Shown here in pieces: positions 21,632-30,711 of a stretch of DNA of 64,000 bases. The DNA comes from Candidatus Dojkabacteria bacterium (GTDB lineage: Bacteria; Patescibacteriota; Dojkabacteria; SC72; T1SED10-24). The position numbers and the translations under genes were made by a program. The notes under the pieces were generated by a model. That model made no database searches and was not told where the DNA came from. It saw nothing but the letters and a program-made list of their open reading frames with translations. Numbering within the stretch: the first letter of the stretch is position 1; each line of letters opens with the position of its first letter. The stretch spans positions 298 to 64,297 of the forward strand of contig PWFU01000029.1 of the NCBI GenBank assembly GCA_003554185.1, read 5' to 3'.

Positions 21632-22219
21632 ATGAAAAACAGAGACGTTATAGTCATAATGGGAATAATATTAACAATAATAGCAGCAGAGCTATTTATA
21701 CTCTTCAATCTGTATAACCAATTTTTTGAAATAAAAGCGAATGAAAACGAAAGTGCATATGTCCTTTTGGAAAATGGGAAATATTTTGAAATGGAATGTG
21801 AAAGAGACGTTATAGATAACGCCATAGATTATACACACAGACCCTTTTCTGAAAATTCAGAAAAGAAAATAAACGGGCAGATACTGAAATACCAACAAAA
21901 ATGCACAAATGAAAACGGAGATTTGAAAGAAACAACACTTCGAAAGGGTAGGGAAGATCTAAGAATTTCTCAAAACATACAAACCAATGGGATAGAAGTA
22001 AATGATGGATCATACTATTACACACGCCTAGACTACCCAATCTCACCAGCAATGGAGGAAAATGATGAAAAAATTACAATGCAGGATTCTCATTGTGAAA
22101 TAGTGATTTATAAAGAGGAAGATCAAAAATACAAATTAACAGACAGTAGCATAAGGGTGGGAAAAGAGTATTCTGAAGAAATACAAATAAATATTGATAT
22201 GGATATTAAATGCCTATGA
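21632..22219 (+). CDS. Membrane-anchored/secreted protein, unknown function
   Basis: 195 aa, N-terminal TM IVIMGIILTIIAAELFILF. 10-nt overlap with the next gene. Confidence 0.65.
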   Translation: MKNRDVIVIMGIILTIIAAELFILFNLYNQFFEIKANENESAYVLLENGKYFEMECERDVIDNAIDYTHRPFSENSEKKINGQILKYQQKCTNENGDLKETTLRKGREDLRISQNIQTNGIEVNDGSYYYTRLDYPISPAMEENDEKITMQDSHCEIVIYKEEDQKYKLTDSSIRVGKEYSEEIQINIDMDIKCL

Positions 22220-24102
22220 TTATAAAAAGAATTATACTCAAAATATTATCCTTACTGCCATTTGTGTACTATTCCCATCTTATACTTGAAGGTATCTGGG
22301 AAGATTCTTTATTCTTCTTCATATACAATACTATAGTAGTATTTACCTTACCATTTTTACTAGCCAAAATATTCACTCGACAGCGAAATATAAGCTACCA
22401 GTCTATTATATATTTTCTAATATACCCAATCACATACCTACTAGCTTTCGCAATAACTCAATTAACACCCATAACTTTGCCACAACTTCTTCCTTTAATT
22501 TCCCTCCTTTTTGTATTAAAGTGGCATATACTAGCGCTATACCTTATAAAAACCATACGTAGTGACAATTTGAACAGATTTTTGAGATATTGCTTCTACC
22601 TTATCCCAGGAATAATTGCATATCTTATCATTTTCACAATTATACGCGATCCTAACAGCATCATTGCGCTAGACTATCTGCAACACTACGCTGTAAGCAC
22701 AGAAATGTACTCTGGAGAAATGCTTTGCATGGTTCCAAATCAATGCTCTGAACTGTTTATTCAAATAGGTTATACAACCTTTTATCACATAATACTTGGA
22801 TTTTTAACAGTCTTTAGCAATAGTACTCCCATTATGGCAATGTATGCCTTAGATATAGTTTTCCCATTTTTTATGGGATTATTAGTTTTTCAACTACTAG
22901 GCAAGTTTTCGAAAAACATTCCTATTAGAGTTCTTCTTACTCTATCATCAATGCTAATTTTCATTAACGGAGCATACGAGACAAGCTTTTTTATACCACA
23001 AACAATGGCTTTTGCATTTTTCTTAATGGCATTAAACATTAAAAATATGAAATTCAGTACACTTTTACAAATAGGTTTAATACTCTTGTTGACACACTTC
23101 ATTATTGGTACATATCTTCTTGGGTTTCTCATAGGAAAATACATTGTTGTAGATGTTTTACCTCAGAAACAAATCAACGTCTTTTATAAATACATATTAA
23201 TCTTTGCATTACTTACTCCCATACTGTTAACAATTGTTAACAGTGCGGGATTTTCCATAGAAGATGCATTCCAACAAGAAGCAACCACAATGATAGGTGG
23301 AGTAACTAATCAACCTTTTCCAGAGAACATTTGGAACTATTTTGATATTTGGAGTGGAATAGGATTATTCATTCTATTTGCTATATTTTTCCAACCTAAC
23401 AAAACAAACAGGTGGTATATATTCTCCTGTTTATACCTTGCCGGAGCATTGTCAATGTATCTATTAGAACCTACATACGCTTCAAAATTTTTAATAGGAA
23501 GCGGAATTAGGAGTATGATATTGGTATTAAAATACTTGAATGTATTACAAAGCGAGAAAATTAAGATCGCTATAGCAGCATTCATAGTAATTACTTTAAT
23601 CCCAACATTCTATTTTAACAAACAAGATTATCTTTCCTTTTATAAACAACACGACAATGTAACAAGTGCCATATCAGAAAGGGAAGAAGGCATGCTTGAA
23701 TATATACAAGAAGAAGAAAAAGATTGCATAGTAGTATCAGACCCCTTAACACAAATCTTAGTTGAATCTATAGGAGAGAATAAAACTGCTAGGGGGCAGT
23801 ACATAAAACCAGAATCCAGAAAAGAAATTTTTGAGTTTATAAAAAAACCTACACAAGAAAATTACTCACAATTAAAAGACATTGATGAACTAAAGGGCAG
23901 AGATATGTGCTTTATATATTCATCAAGATTAAATACTTCTTTAGAAACAGATAACGTTTTCTGGCTATTTCATATGTATAGTATCGTAATGGATAGTTCA
24001 AAACCTATACAAGACCCTACTGAGATTAAAAATACCATGGTAAGGGAGAATTACGAAATCATCTTTTACGATGATAACTATTTAATGTTTAGTAAAGAAT
24101 AA
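22210..24102 (+). CDS. Large polytopic membrane protein with a C-terminal soluble domain; GT-C-type glycosyltransferase or glycan polymerase-like (function uncertain)
   Basis: 630 aa, 12 or more predicted TM helices then about 150 soluble residues. Neighbours are a GT4 enzyme and a glycan hydrolase-like protein. Confidence 0.7.
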   Translation: MPMIIKRIILKILSLLPFVYYSHLILEGIWEDSLFFFIYNTIVVFTLPFLLAKIFTRQRNISYQSIIYFLIYPITYLLAFAITQLTPITLPQLLPLISLLFVLKWHILALYLIKTIRSDNLNRFLRYCFYLIPGIIAYLIIFTIIRDPNSIIALDYLQHYAVSTEMYSGEMLCMVPNQCSELFIQIGYTTFYHIILGFLTVFSNSTPIMAMYALDIVFPFFMGLLVFQLLGKFSKNIPIRVLLTLSSMLIFINGAYETSFFIPQTMAFAFFLMALNIKNMKFSTLLQIGLILLLTHFIIGTYLLGFLIGKYIVVDVLPQKQINVFYKYILIFALLTPILLTIVNSAGFSIEDAFQQEATTMIGGVTNQPFPENIWNYFDIWSGIGLFILFAIFFQPNKTNRWYIFSCLYLAGALSMYLLEPTYASKFLIGSGIRSMILVLKYLNVLQSEKIKIAIAAFIVITLIPTFYFNKQDYLSFYKQHDNVTSAISEREEGMLEYIQEEEKDCIVVSDPLTQILVESIGENKTARGQYIKPESRKEIFEFIKKPTQENYSQLKDIDELKGRDMCFIYSSRLNTSLETDNVFWLFHMYSIVMDSSKPIQDPTEIKNTMVRENYEIIFYDDNYLMFSKE

Positions 24103-24216
24103 TTTAAAAGTGCTTTAAAAACTTGTTGGGTGCTATAACTTCATTTTGTATCACACCTATTTAAATAGAAGGGCTATTTCTTTCCAAAATATAGATAATC
24201 TTGGTAAAATAGAGAT

Positions 24217-25014
24217 ATGAAAAATCCTGAAACTAACATAAAAAATCAAAAAGATATTGGAAAAAGTAGTGAGCCGCTACTTTGCAAGAACAAGCGCTCT
24301 ATATTCCAAAACCGCATAGCTATCCTTGGGTTGGCTACATATATGCTCTTCTTATCTAATATCCCTGATTTAGCTAGTCAAAAACCACCCCAGGACAAAA
24401 GCCCCAGAGCCTATGGCGAAATAAGCGAAGCAAAAAGTCATTGTAGAATAATGGAGATAATATGCTCCAACATAATAGAAGATGAATGTAAACAAGACGA
24501 AGAGAGAAATTTTACAACTAGTGCTCATACAAGAGGACAATATTTGGAGAGAGGAAGTAGAAGTACAGAACAAGAAGAAAGTTTTGAATTACAAGAAAAG
24601 GTAAGCGTCGTAAAAGACTTTTTCGAGGATTTTACCGGCAAAGATGGACATAAAACACCTTTAAAAGGTTATGAAGAAGAAATTGTTAAATTTGCTGACG
24701 AATATGATATTGATTACAAATATGTAATAGCTATAGGAATGAAAGAGTCAAGATTAGGAACTGATGGTGGTGAAGGCATCTCTGGTAGACCTTTTAGACC
24801 ATATAATGCTTGGGGGCTCATGATAGATCCGAATGAACTTAACTCCTGGGAAGAAGGTATAGAAAGATTTTGCAGAATTCTATCGGAACATTACATAGAA
24901 CAGGGTTTAGAAACACCATATGAAATGGGCCCAAAATATTGCCCACCTAATTCTAAAAACTGGGCTAATGATGTATCCAAATTTATGTCTGACATTTCAA
25001 CTTATGAAGAATAA
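24217..25014 (+). CDS. Membrane-anchored protein with a C-terminal glucosaminidase/FlgJ-like peptidoglycan hydrolase-like domain
   Basis: YVIAIGMKESRLGT...YNAWGLM...WEEGIERFCRILSEHY follows the glucosaminidase domain pattern as I recall it. Confidence 0.6.
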   Translation: MKNPETNIKNQKDIGKSSEPLLCKNKRSIFQNRIAILGLATYMLFLSNIPDLASQKPPQDKSPRAYGEISEAKSHCRIMEIICSNIIEDECKQDEERNFTTSAHTRGQYLERGSRSTEQEESFELQEKVSVVKDFFEDFTGKDGHKTPLKGYEEEIVKFADEYDIDYKYVIAIGMKESRLGTDGGEGISGRPFRPYNAWGLMIDPNELNSWEEGIERFCRILSEHYIEQGLETPYEMGPKYCPPNSKNWANDVSKFMSDISTYEE

Positions 25015-26128
25015 AACCGAATATGATCTAATATCAATTTCACACTTCTTCTATCCAATCAAAGGTGGATTGGAAAATATGGCATTTAGTCTTTTGAAAC
25101 GTTTTGCCAAAGCGGGATACAAGTGTATTGCTATACATGGTGGAATAAACGAAACTAAATTTTACAAAAAAAATGATTTTGATATACAAACCTTTAAAAC
25201 AAAAAACATCTTTAATAATACATACCCTCTGTTTGGAATAAAATTTTTTAAATTTGTTAAAAAAACTATTAGAGAAAATTCAAATGCCAGGATTGTAGTG
25301 CATTCCAGACATTTGCTAAGCAGTTTTCTAACAGCTTGGATATGCTCAAGACTAAAAAGAGACTTTTATCTGGTAGAGCACACAGCACAAAAATCATTTG
25401 CAAAAACTTCAACAGCACAATTCTTAATGAATTTATACGACAAAACTTTTTCTAAATACGTAATTAAAAAGTCTAAGAAAATAGTATGTGTATCCAAGGC
25501 ATGCAAAAAATATAACAAAGAAAATTACAACACTCCTGAAGAAAAGTTAAAATTGATATATAACGGGATAGACTTTGAAGATATAGTTAAGTATAAAAAG
25601 GATTCTAAAGAAAATATTGTTGTTTTTGCTGCAAAATTCTTAAAAGTAAAAGATCCAATAACTACATACACGGTATTTAAAAAGCTATCCTCTAAATATC
25701 CGAAATGGACTTTTTACTTCATAGGAGATGGAGAAATTTTAAAACCCGAAAAAAGTACACTTAAAAACCTCAAAATTATAAACAGGATGATTGAAAGAGA
25801 AGAAGTTCTTTCTCTTCTAGGTAAATCAAAAATATACATTAATTCTTCACTAAGTGAAGCCCTTTCAATTGCAAACATAGAAGCTACCACACTAGGAAAC
25901 ATTCCTGTTTTTTCAGATGCACCTAGTAATAAAGAGATAGCTAAAAAATTAAACGCTTCTGAATATATTTTTACAAGGCAAGATGTACAAGACTTAGAAG
26001 CTAAAATAGAAAAAGCAATAAAAAGTGGTAAGAAAAAAGATATACACGAAAATATCTCAAAACTAACTAAAAAACATTTTGACAACCATAGAGTCTTTAG
26101 AGAGTACGAAGATTTACTCTTTACATAG
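25004..26128 (+). CDS. Glycosyltransferase family 4 (GT-B fold)
   Basis: The ATG at 25004 (MKNKTEYDLISISHFFYPIKGGLENMAF) overlaps the upstream stop. C-terminal half has the EALSIANIEATTLGNIPV (E-x7-E-like) region. The track start at 24920 is an over-extension. Confidence 0.8.
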   Translation: MKNKTEYDLISISHFFYPIKGGLENMAFSLLKRFAKAGYKCIAIHGGINETKFYKKNDFDIQTFKTKNIFNNTYPLFGIKFFKFVKKTIRENSNARIVVHSRHLLSSFLTAWICSRLKRDFYLVEHTAQKSFAKTSTAQFLMNLYDKTFSKYVIKKSKKIVCVSKACKKYNKENYNTPEEKLKLIYNGIDFEDIVKYKKDSKENIVVFAAKFLKVKDPITTYTVFKKLSSKYPKWTFYFIGDGEILKPEKSTLKNLKIINRMIEREEVLSLLGKSKIYINSSLSEALSIANIEATTLGNIPVFSDAPSNKEIAKKLNASEYIFTRQDVQDLEAKIEKAIKSGKKKDIHENISKLTKKHFDNHRVFREYEDLLFT

Positions 26129-26176
26129 ATTACACGAAGTGTTAAAAAGAAATGGATAAGTTTTGGGTTTCTATTT

Positions 26177-28072
26177 ATGGTTGAAGTTGTTCCAAAAAAA
26201 TTTGGAGGGGAAGAGACAGATCCTTCCAAAGATCAGAATATACAAAGGGATTTAATAGATCGTCTCGATTCTACCGAAGCAGACAAAAACGATTTTCTCA
26301 AAAAATTGGCCCGAGGAGAAACAGCTCAAATACATGACATCCTAGATAACGTAGAAGGACCAATAACTGAAAAAGAAAACGACCCCGAAAGACCCACGGA
26401 AATATACAAAGAGGTTGGGAAATCAAATACAGCTACACGAAGTTTTGTTGAATATTTATTACAAGAAAACAAACCTGAGCCAGAACATATTGCTGAATTA
26501 ATTAAAGAAAATCCCAACCCACAATTTTTTGAAGAACTTTATGAATCAAGATTAAAACAATTACGAGAAGATAACAATTGGGAATTATATAACAGATTTA
26601 AGTACGAAGCTGATATACAAGGTTTAATGCATTCCCTCTATGGTAAACAAATGGAATATTTTGAAGAATTTAAGAATTTACAGAAAGAAGCTCAAGAAAA
26701 ATTTCCAGGAGAAACAAAACAAAGTAGGATAGAAAAAATCGAGAAAGAAGATGATCCTGAGAACTTAAAAGAGATTCTTATGGAAGAGTACGTAAACATT
26801 TTGGAGGAATTTGAAGAGCAAGGCGGCAAGCTACATGAAAGAACAATGAGGAATAAAAAATATCAAGATTTCCTTATGAATCATGAGATGTATGAAAATA
26901 TGAAAAAAAGATTTAAAGAATTAAGAAAGGAAGGGAAGTATAGTGGCCCTTTAACACCAATGTTTTTAAAAGTACACCGAGATGCTTTACAAGATTCAAT
27001 ATACAAGAGACAGCATCAAAATCCTAAAACTCGTCACGAAGAGATAAGGGAAGTTAAAGAGCAAGAAAGACGTTTACAGGAAGAGCTTGGAAAAATAGAT
27101 TATAATCTAGAAAAACAACCAGAAGTTACCAAAAAAGCTTTTGAAACTTTTAAATCTGAATTTTGCAAGATAGCTGAGATAAAAGGACAAAATTTAATTC
27201 TTTCAAAATTGATGAGTGAAGGAGAAGACAAGTATAAAAAGGTACTTGCACTAGTACAAGACCAAGAAAATCCTGAAAAATGGAATACTAGAATTTTTAG
27301 AATTTCCGGATCTGATTACCAATTCAAAGCCTTACCAGGATATAGGGATTTTGAAAAAGCATATATGAAAGGACAGGAAGATCATCCAAGACATCATTAT
27401 GTACAGAGTGCTAAACTACATAAAGAATTGTATAAAATCCTTGAGACATTACCTAAAAGTGATTCGGATATTTTATTACCAAAAGCAGCAGATGGGAAAA
27501 GAGAAGTACAAGAGAGACACAAAGAACTTATAGAAGACGAAAACGTCTCAGACGAATGGAATTGGGGTAAGTTCCAAAGATACTGCATGAATCTATACAA
27601 AAAATATATGCACAGAGACGAATCAATTAATTACGAAGAAGAATTCCAAAAATTTCCTAAAAGCATGATTCCAAATTTCGCAACAACCTTACCAGTAGAC
27701 AGTTATAGAAAGACTACAAAATGCAAAGATGGCTCTGAAACTGAAATAAATATAGAAGAGTATGAAGTTAAAAATAGCAAAACTGGAGAAAAACTGGTTT
27801 TCGCAATGGCCTCTGATCAAGAAGGAAGAGTATATATAGATAATGTTTACGATCCTGATGCTAATATGGACGGTTTTGGTATGCACGAGCCCATAATTAA
27901 TATGGGACATCTCGTATACAAACCAGAAGATTATAAAAAACAAATCGTACATATCCCTGAAAAATATGTAATAGACAAAGGAAAATATAGTGACATAAAT
28001 AAACTTTGGAGAGAAAACATCCCTATTATAAAGGAATATAAAAAACTCTTAGAAGAAAGAGGAGAAATTTGA
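26177..28072 (+). CDS. Large soluble, highly charged helical protein, unknown function
   Basis: 631 aa, no TM, E/K-rich. More globular C-terminal region (VFAMASDQEGRVYIDNVYDPDANMDGFGMHEPIINMGHLVYKPEDY). Confidence 0.75.
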   Translation: MVEVVPKKFGGEETDPSKDQNIQRDLIDRLDSTEADKNDFLKKLARGETAQIHDILDNVEGPITEKENDPERPTEIYKEVGKSNTATRSFVEYLLQENKPEPEHIAELIKENPNPQFFEELYESRLKQLREDNNWELYNRFKYEADIQGLMHSLYGKQMEYFEEFKNLQKEAQEKFPGETKQSRIEKIEKEDDPENLKEILMEEYVNILEEFEEQGGKLHERTMRNKKYQDFLMNHEMYENMKKRFKELRKEGKYSGPLTPMFLKVHRDALQDSIYKRQHQNPKTRHEEIREVKEQERRLQEELGKIDYNLEKQPEVTKKAFETFKSEFCKIAEIKGQNLILSKLMSEGEDKYKKVLALVQDQENPEKWNTRIFRISGSDYQFKALPGYRDFEKAYMKGQEDHPRHHYVQSAKLHKELYKILETLPKSDSDILLPKAADGKREVQERHKELIEDENVSDEWNWGKFQRYCMNLYKKYMHRDESINYEEEFQKFPKSMIPNFATTLPVDSYRKTTKCKDGSETEINIEEYEVKNSKTGEKLVFAMASDQEGRVYIDNVYDPDANMDGFGMHEPIINMGHLVYKPEDYKKQIVHIPEKYVIDKGKYSDINKLWRENIPIIKEYKKLLEERGEI

Positions 28073-28130
28073 CGAACTAATAAGTAGAGTATAAAGTGAA
28101 TCTAATTTAAATTCTAAAGTCTCTCAAAAC

Positions 28131-30251
28131 ATGAGTAAGAGAATAGAACAAGAAAAAGAAGGGAAAAAAATACCCACTGCTTATGATGTAGCTAATCAGA
28201 GAGCAGAAGAGCTACAAGGAAAAACAGAGAACGGAGGAGAAGATAAAGGCACAAGAATACCCTCTGCTTTTGATATAGCTAATCAGAAAGCAGAAGAGCT
28301 ACAAGAAAAAACAGAAAACGGAGGAGAAGATAAAGGCACGAAAATACCCACCGCTTTTGAAGCGGCTAATAGAAGGGCAACAGAGCAAGAACAAAACACA
28401 ACGGAAGAAGCAAGAAGAACAAATGAGCAAGAAACCCAAGAAAAGACAGAAGGAACAGCAGGAGCAGAAAATTCACAACAGGATAAAACAGAACCCCAAG
28501 AGGAAGATAGAGATTCTCTAGAAGCGAAAAAGGCAAGAGTAAAACAAAAACAAGAAATAGGAGAACAAAAGAGAAAAAGGAGGGAAGCAGAAAGAGATAG
28601 AGGAAGAGAAGCAATAAAGGGAAGAGCAGATAATTTAGAAAATTTAGAAGAATTAACAGATACATCAGGACAAGATTTTGAAGCCAAATATGATCAAAAA
28701 GAACGAGAACTAAAGGAGGGAGATAGAGAGAATGGTAAACTTGCCTTGGAAAAAGAAGGGGATCTCAGAAGAGAATATGAGAAATTGCAAGAACAAATTT
28801 ATGCATATAGAGATAGCGAAACAAGGGCTCAACACCCTCTTACCGTTAAAGAAATCCAAAATCTACAAAGCAGGAAAGACACAATAGAACAAGAACTAAA
28901 TAGAATAAACGAATTCTTTGGAGAACAAAACTTGAACAAAATGAGAGAGGAAATAGATAGGTCACAACACCCTATGAAAGAAGAAGATGTCTCCAGAGAA
29001 AGAGAAGATAGCATATATATATCATTAGGTAAACAAATAAGAGAAAGGTATGCCCATTTAAGAGACGAGTTAGGAAGACTACAAATGGAAAGAGAGGAAA
29101 TGATTGGCAGCAGCAAAAATATACGAGAACGTAAAAAAGCATTGGGCAGTAATAAAGAAGAACAAGAGAGGTTAATGCAGGATCTCGAAAATGTAGAACG
29201 AATCCTTCAACCAACGGAGGAAGTTCTACAAGAAGAAGAGCCTTCAACAGAAAGAGAAACCCCAGAAGTAGAAACCGAAGAAGAGGAAGAAGAAGGTGAT
29301 TTGGAATCTCAAATGGAAGAAGAACTTGATGATGATCTGGAAACTGAAGGAGGTGAACAAGGAGAACAAGAACAGACTCCTGAAGAACAAGAGAGGGGAG
29401 CTGAACAAAGTGATTTGGAAAAAGATAAAAAGGATAGAAAAAAGAAAATTTGGGATATGATTACGAGAGTCGCGGGAGGATTGCTGGGAGCAAAGGGAGG
29501 ATATGCTTTAGCAGGAGCAGCCTTAGCAACCGGCTCAATACCTCTTGTAGCAGGAATGTTTGTAGCTGGTGGGGCATTATTTCTTAAAAGAAAACAAATA
29601 GGAAAAGGAGCTGGGAGATTTCTTGGAAATTTTGCAGGAGATATAGCAGTATCCCTAAGAAGAATGACTAGAGACTATCAATCAGTAAGCGAAATAGAGA
29701 AAGAAGCAGAAATCCGCAAGAGGACTATGGAGATTTTTGAAGCGTTTTTCACAGGAGCAGCAGCAGGTACTGGAGTGGGAATTGTACTTGGTGGAGCATC
29801 CGGATTAATAGAAGGTGTTTATGCACCTGATGTGGAACCTACCGAGCCAACAGTTGAACCTGAACCAAGACCTACCGATCCAGTTGAAACAGGACAGGCA
29901 GCACCTACAGGAGAGGAATTTGAATCAGTCTTTGGAGAATTAGGAGAGAGTTTTGACCTTACAGAACATTTCAACGCTGAAGAAATACAAAATGCTATAA
30001 ATGAGGGAAATTTACTCGGGGAAAATTTACTCCTAGAACACGGCTCTATAGCTGAAGCACAAAATAGTTTTATGGAAATTTTGAATAATACGCCTGAATT
30101 GAGCAACATTGATTTCAGCACTCCAGAAAATACAAGAACTTTCCTGGAAGGTATATATGAAATTAATCGCGAAGTACTAACAAATGGCTCCATTACTGAA
30201 AAAGCTGTTGAAGGAATTGCTGATAATACAGTACAAGCCTTAACACAATAA
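28131..30251 (+). CDS. Large repeat/coiled-coil protein with Gly-rich membrane segments, unknown function
   Basis: 706 aa. Three N-terminal 29-aa repeats, long E/K/R coiled-coil-like region, poly-acidic stretch, Gly-zipper hydrophobic segments (GGLLGAKGGYALAGAALATGSIPLVAGMFVAGGALFL; AAAGTGVGIVLGGASGLI), P/T/E linker, small C-terminal domain. Confidence 0.8.
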   Translation: MSKRIEQEKEGKKIPTAYDVANQRAEELQGKTENGGEDKGTRIPSAFDIANQKAEELQEKTENGGEDKGTKIPTAFEAANRRATEQEQNTTEEARRTNEQETQEKTEGTAGAENSQQDKTEPQEEDRDSLEAKKARVKQKQEIGEQKRKRREAERDRGREAIKGRADNLENLEELTDTSGQDFEAKYDQKERELKEGDRENGKLALEKEGDLRREYEKLQEQIYAYRDSETRAQHPLTVKEIQNLQSRKDTIEQELNRINEFFGEQNLNKMREEIDRSQHPMKEEDVSREREDSIYISLGKQIRERYAHLRDELGRLQMEREEMIGSSKNIRERKKALGSNKEEQERLMQDLENVERILQPTEEVLQEEEPSTERETPEVETEEEEEEGDLESQMEEELDDDLETEGGEQGEQEQTPEEQERGAEQSDLEKDKKDRKKKIWDMITRVAGGLLGAKGGYALAGAALATGSIPLVAGMFVAGGALFLKRKQIGKGAGRFLGNFAGDIAVSLRRMTRDYQSVSEIEKEAEIRKRTMEIFEAFFTGAAAGTGVGIVLGGASGLIEGVYAPDVEPTEPTVEPEPRPTDPVETGQAAPTGEEFESVFGELGESFDLTEHFNAEEIQNAINEGNLLGENLLLEHGSIAEAQNSFMEILNNTPELSNIDFSTPENTRTFLEGIYEINREVLTNGSITEKAVEGIADNTVQALTQ
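28170..28390 (+). repeat. 87-bp tandem repeat, about 2.5 copies, in-frame coding
   Basis: Copies start at 28170, 28257 and 28344. Copies 1 and 2 differ at roughly 9 of 87 positions and encode IP(T/S)A(Y/F)D(V/I)ANQ(R/K)AEELQxKTENGGEDKGT(R/K). Confidence 0.85.
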
Positions 30252-30273
30252 ATTATTTTTAATATAATGAAAT

Positions 30274-30711
30274 ATGGAAAAATTAAAAAAGAAGATTGAA
30301 GAATTAAAAGAACTTGGTTTTACAAAAGAACAGGCAACGGAACTTATGGAAATCGGTGAAAAGGAAGTACTTGAGAAAGTTTTGGAGGAATTCTCTGCAA
30401 AGGTAGACGAGCAAACATATCAAGATTATCTACAAAGAGTAAAATCCGCCAAAGGAAATAATCAGGAGTTAACTAAACTTTTTACGGAAATAATGACTCA
30501 TGTATATGGCGAAGAAAATGTCGAGAGTAAAAGAGAAGAATTGTTTGTTGATTATGTACAAAGTATCATTGATTTAACAAAGGAAACAAAACATGTATAC
30601 AGGAAGTATTCAGAAGGGGACCCTGATACTGTAAAAGCCGTTGAAGATGCTCAAAAAGAACCTGAAGTTAAGGAAATGGCAGAAGAAATACAAAAAGACG
30701 AAGAAAATTAA
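30274..30711 (+). CDS. Small acidic helical protein, unknown function
   Basis: 145 aa, 22 nt after the previous gene. Its stop overlaps the convergent recombinase stop (TTAA). Confidence 0.65.
   Translation: MEKLKKKIEELKELGFTKEQATELMEIGEKEVLEKVLEEFSAKVDEQTYQDYLQRVKSAKGNNQELTKLFTEIMTHVYGEENVESKREELFVDYVQSIIDLTKETKHVYRKYSEGDPDTVKAVEDAQKEPEVKEMAEEIQKDEEN

Noticed and set aside
28170-28390. Tandem repeats as a possible CRISPR array or satellite.
   Set aside because: The repeats are contiguous with no spacers, are in frame, and encode a conserved 29-aa peptide unit. No cas genes are present.
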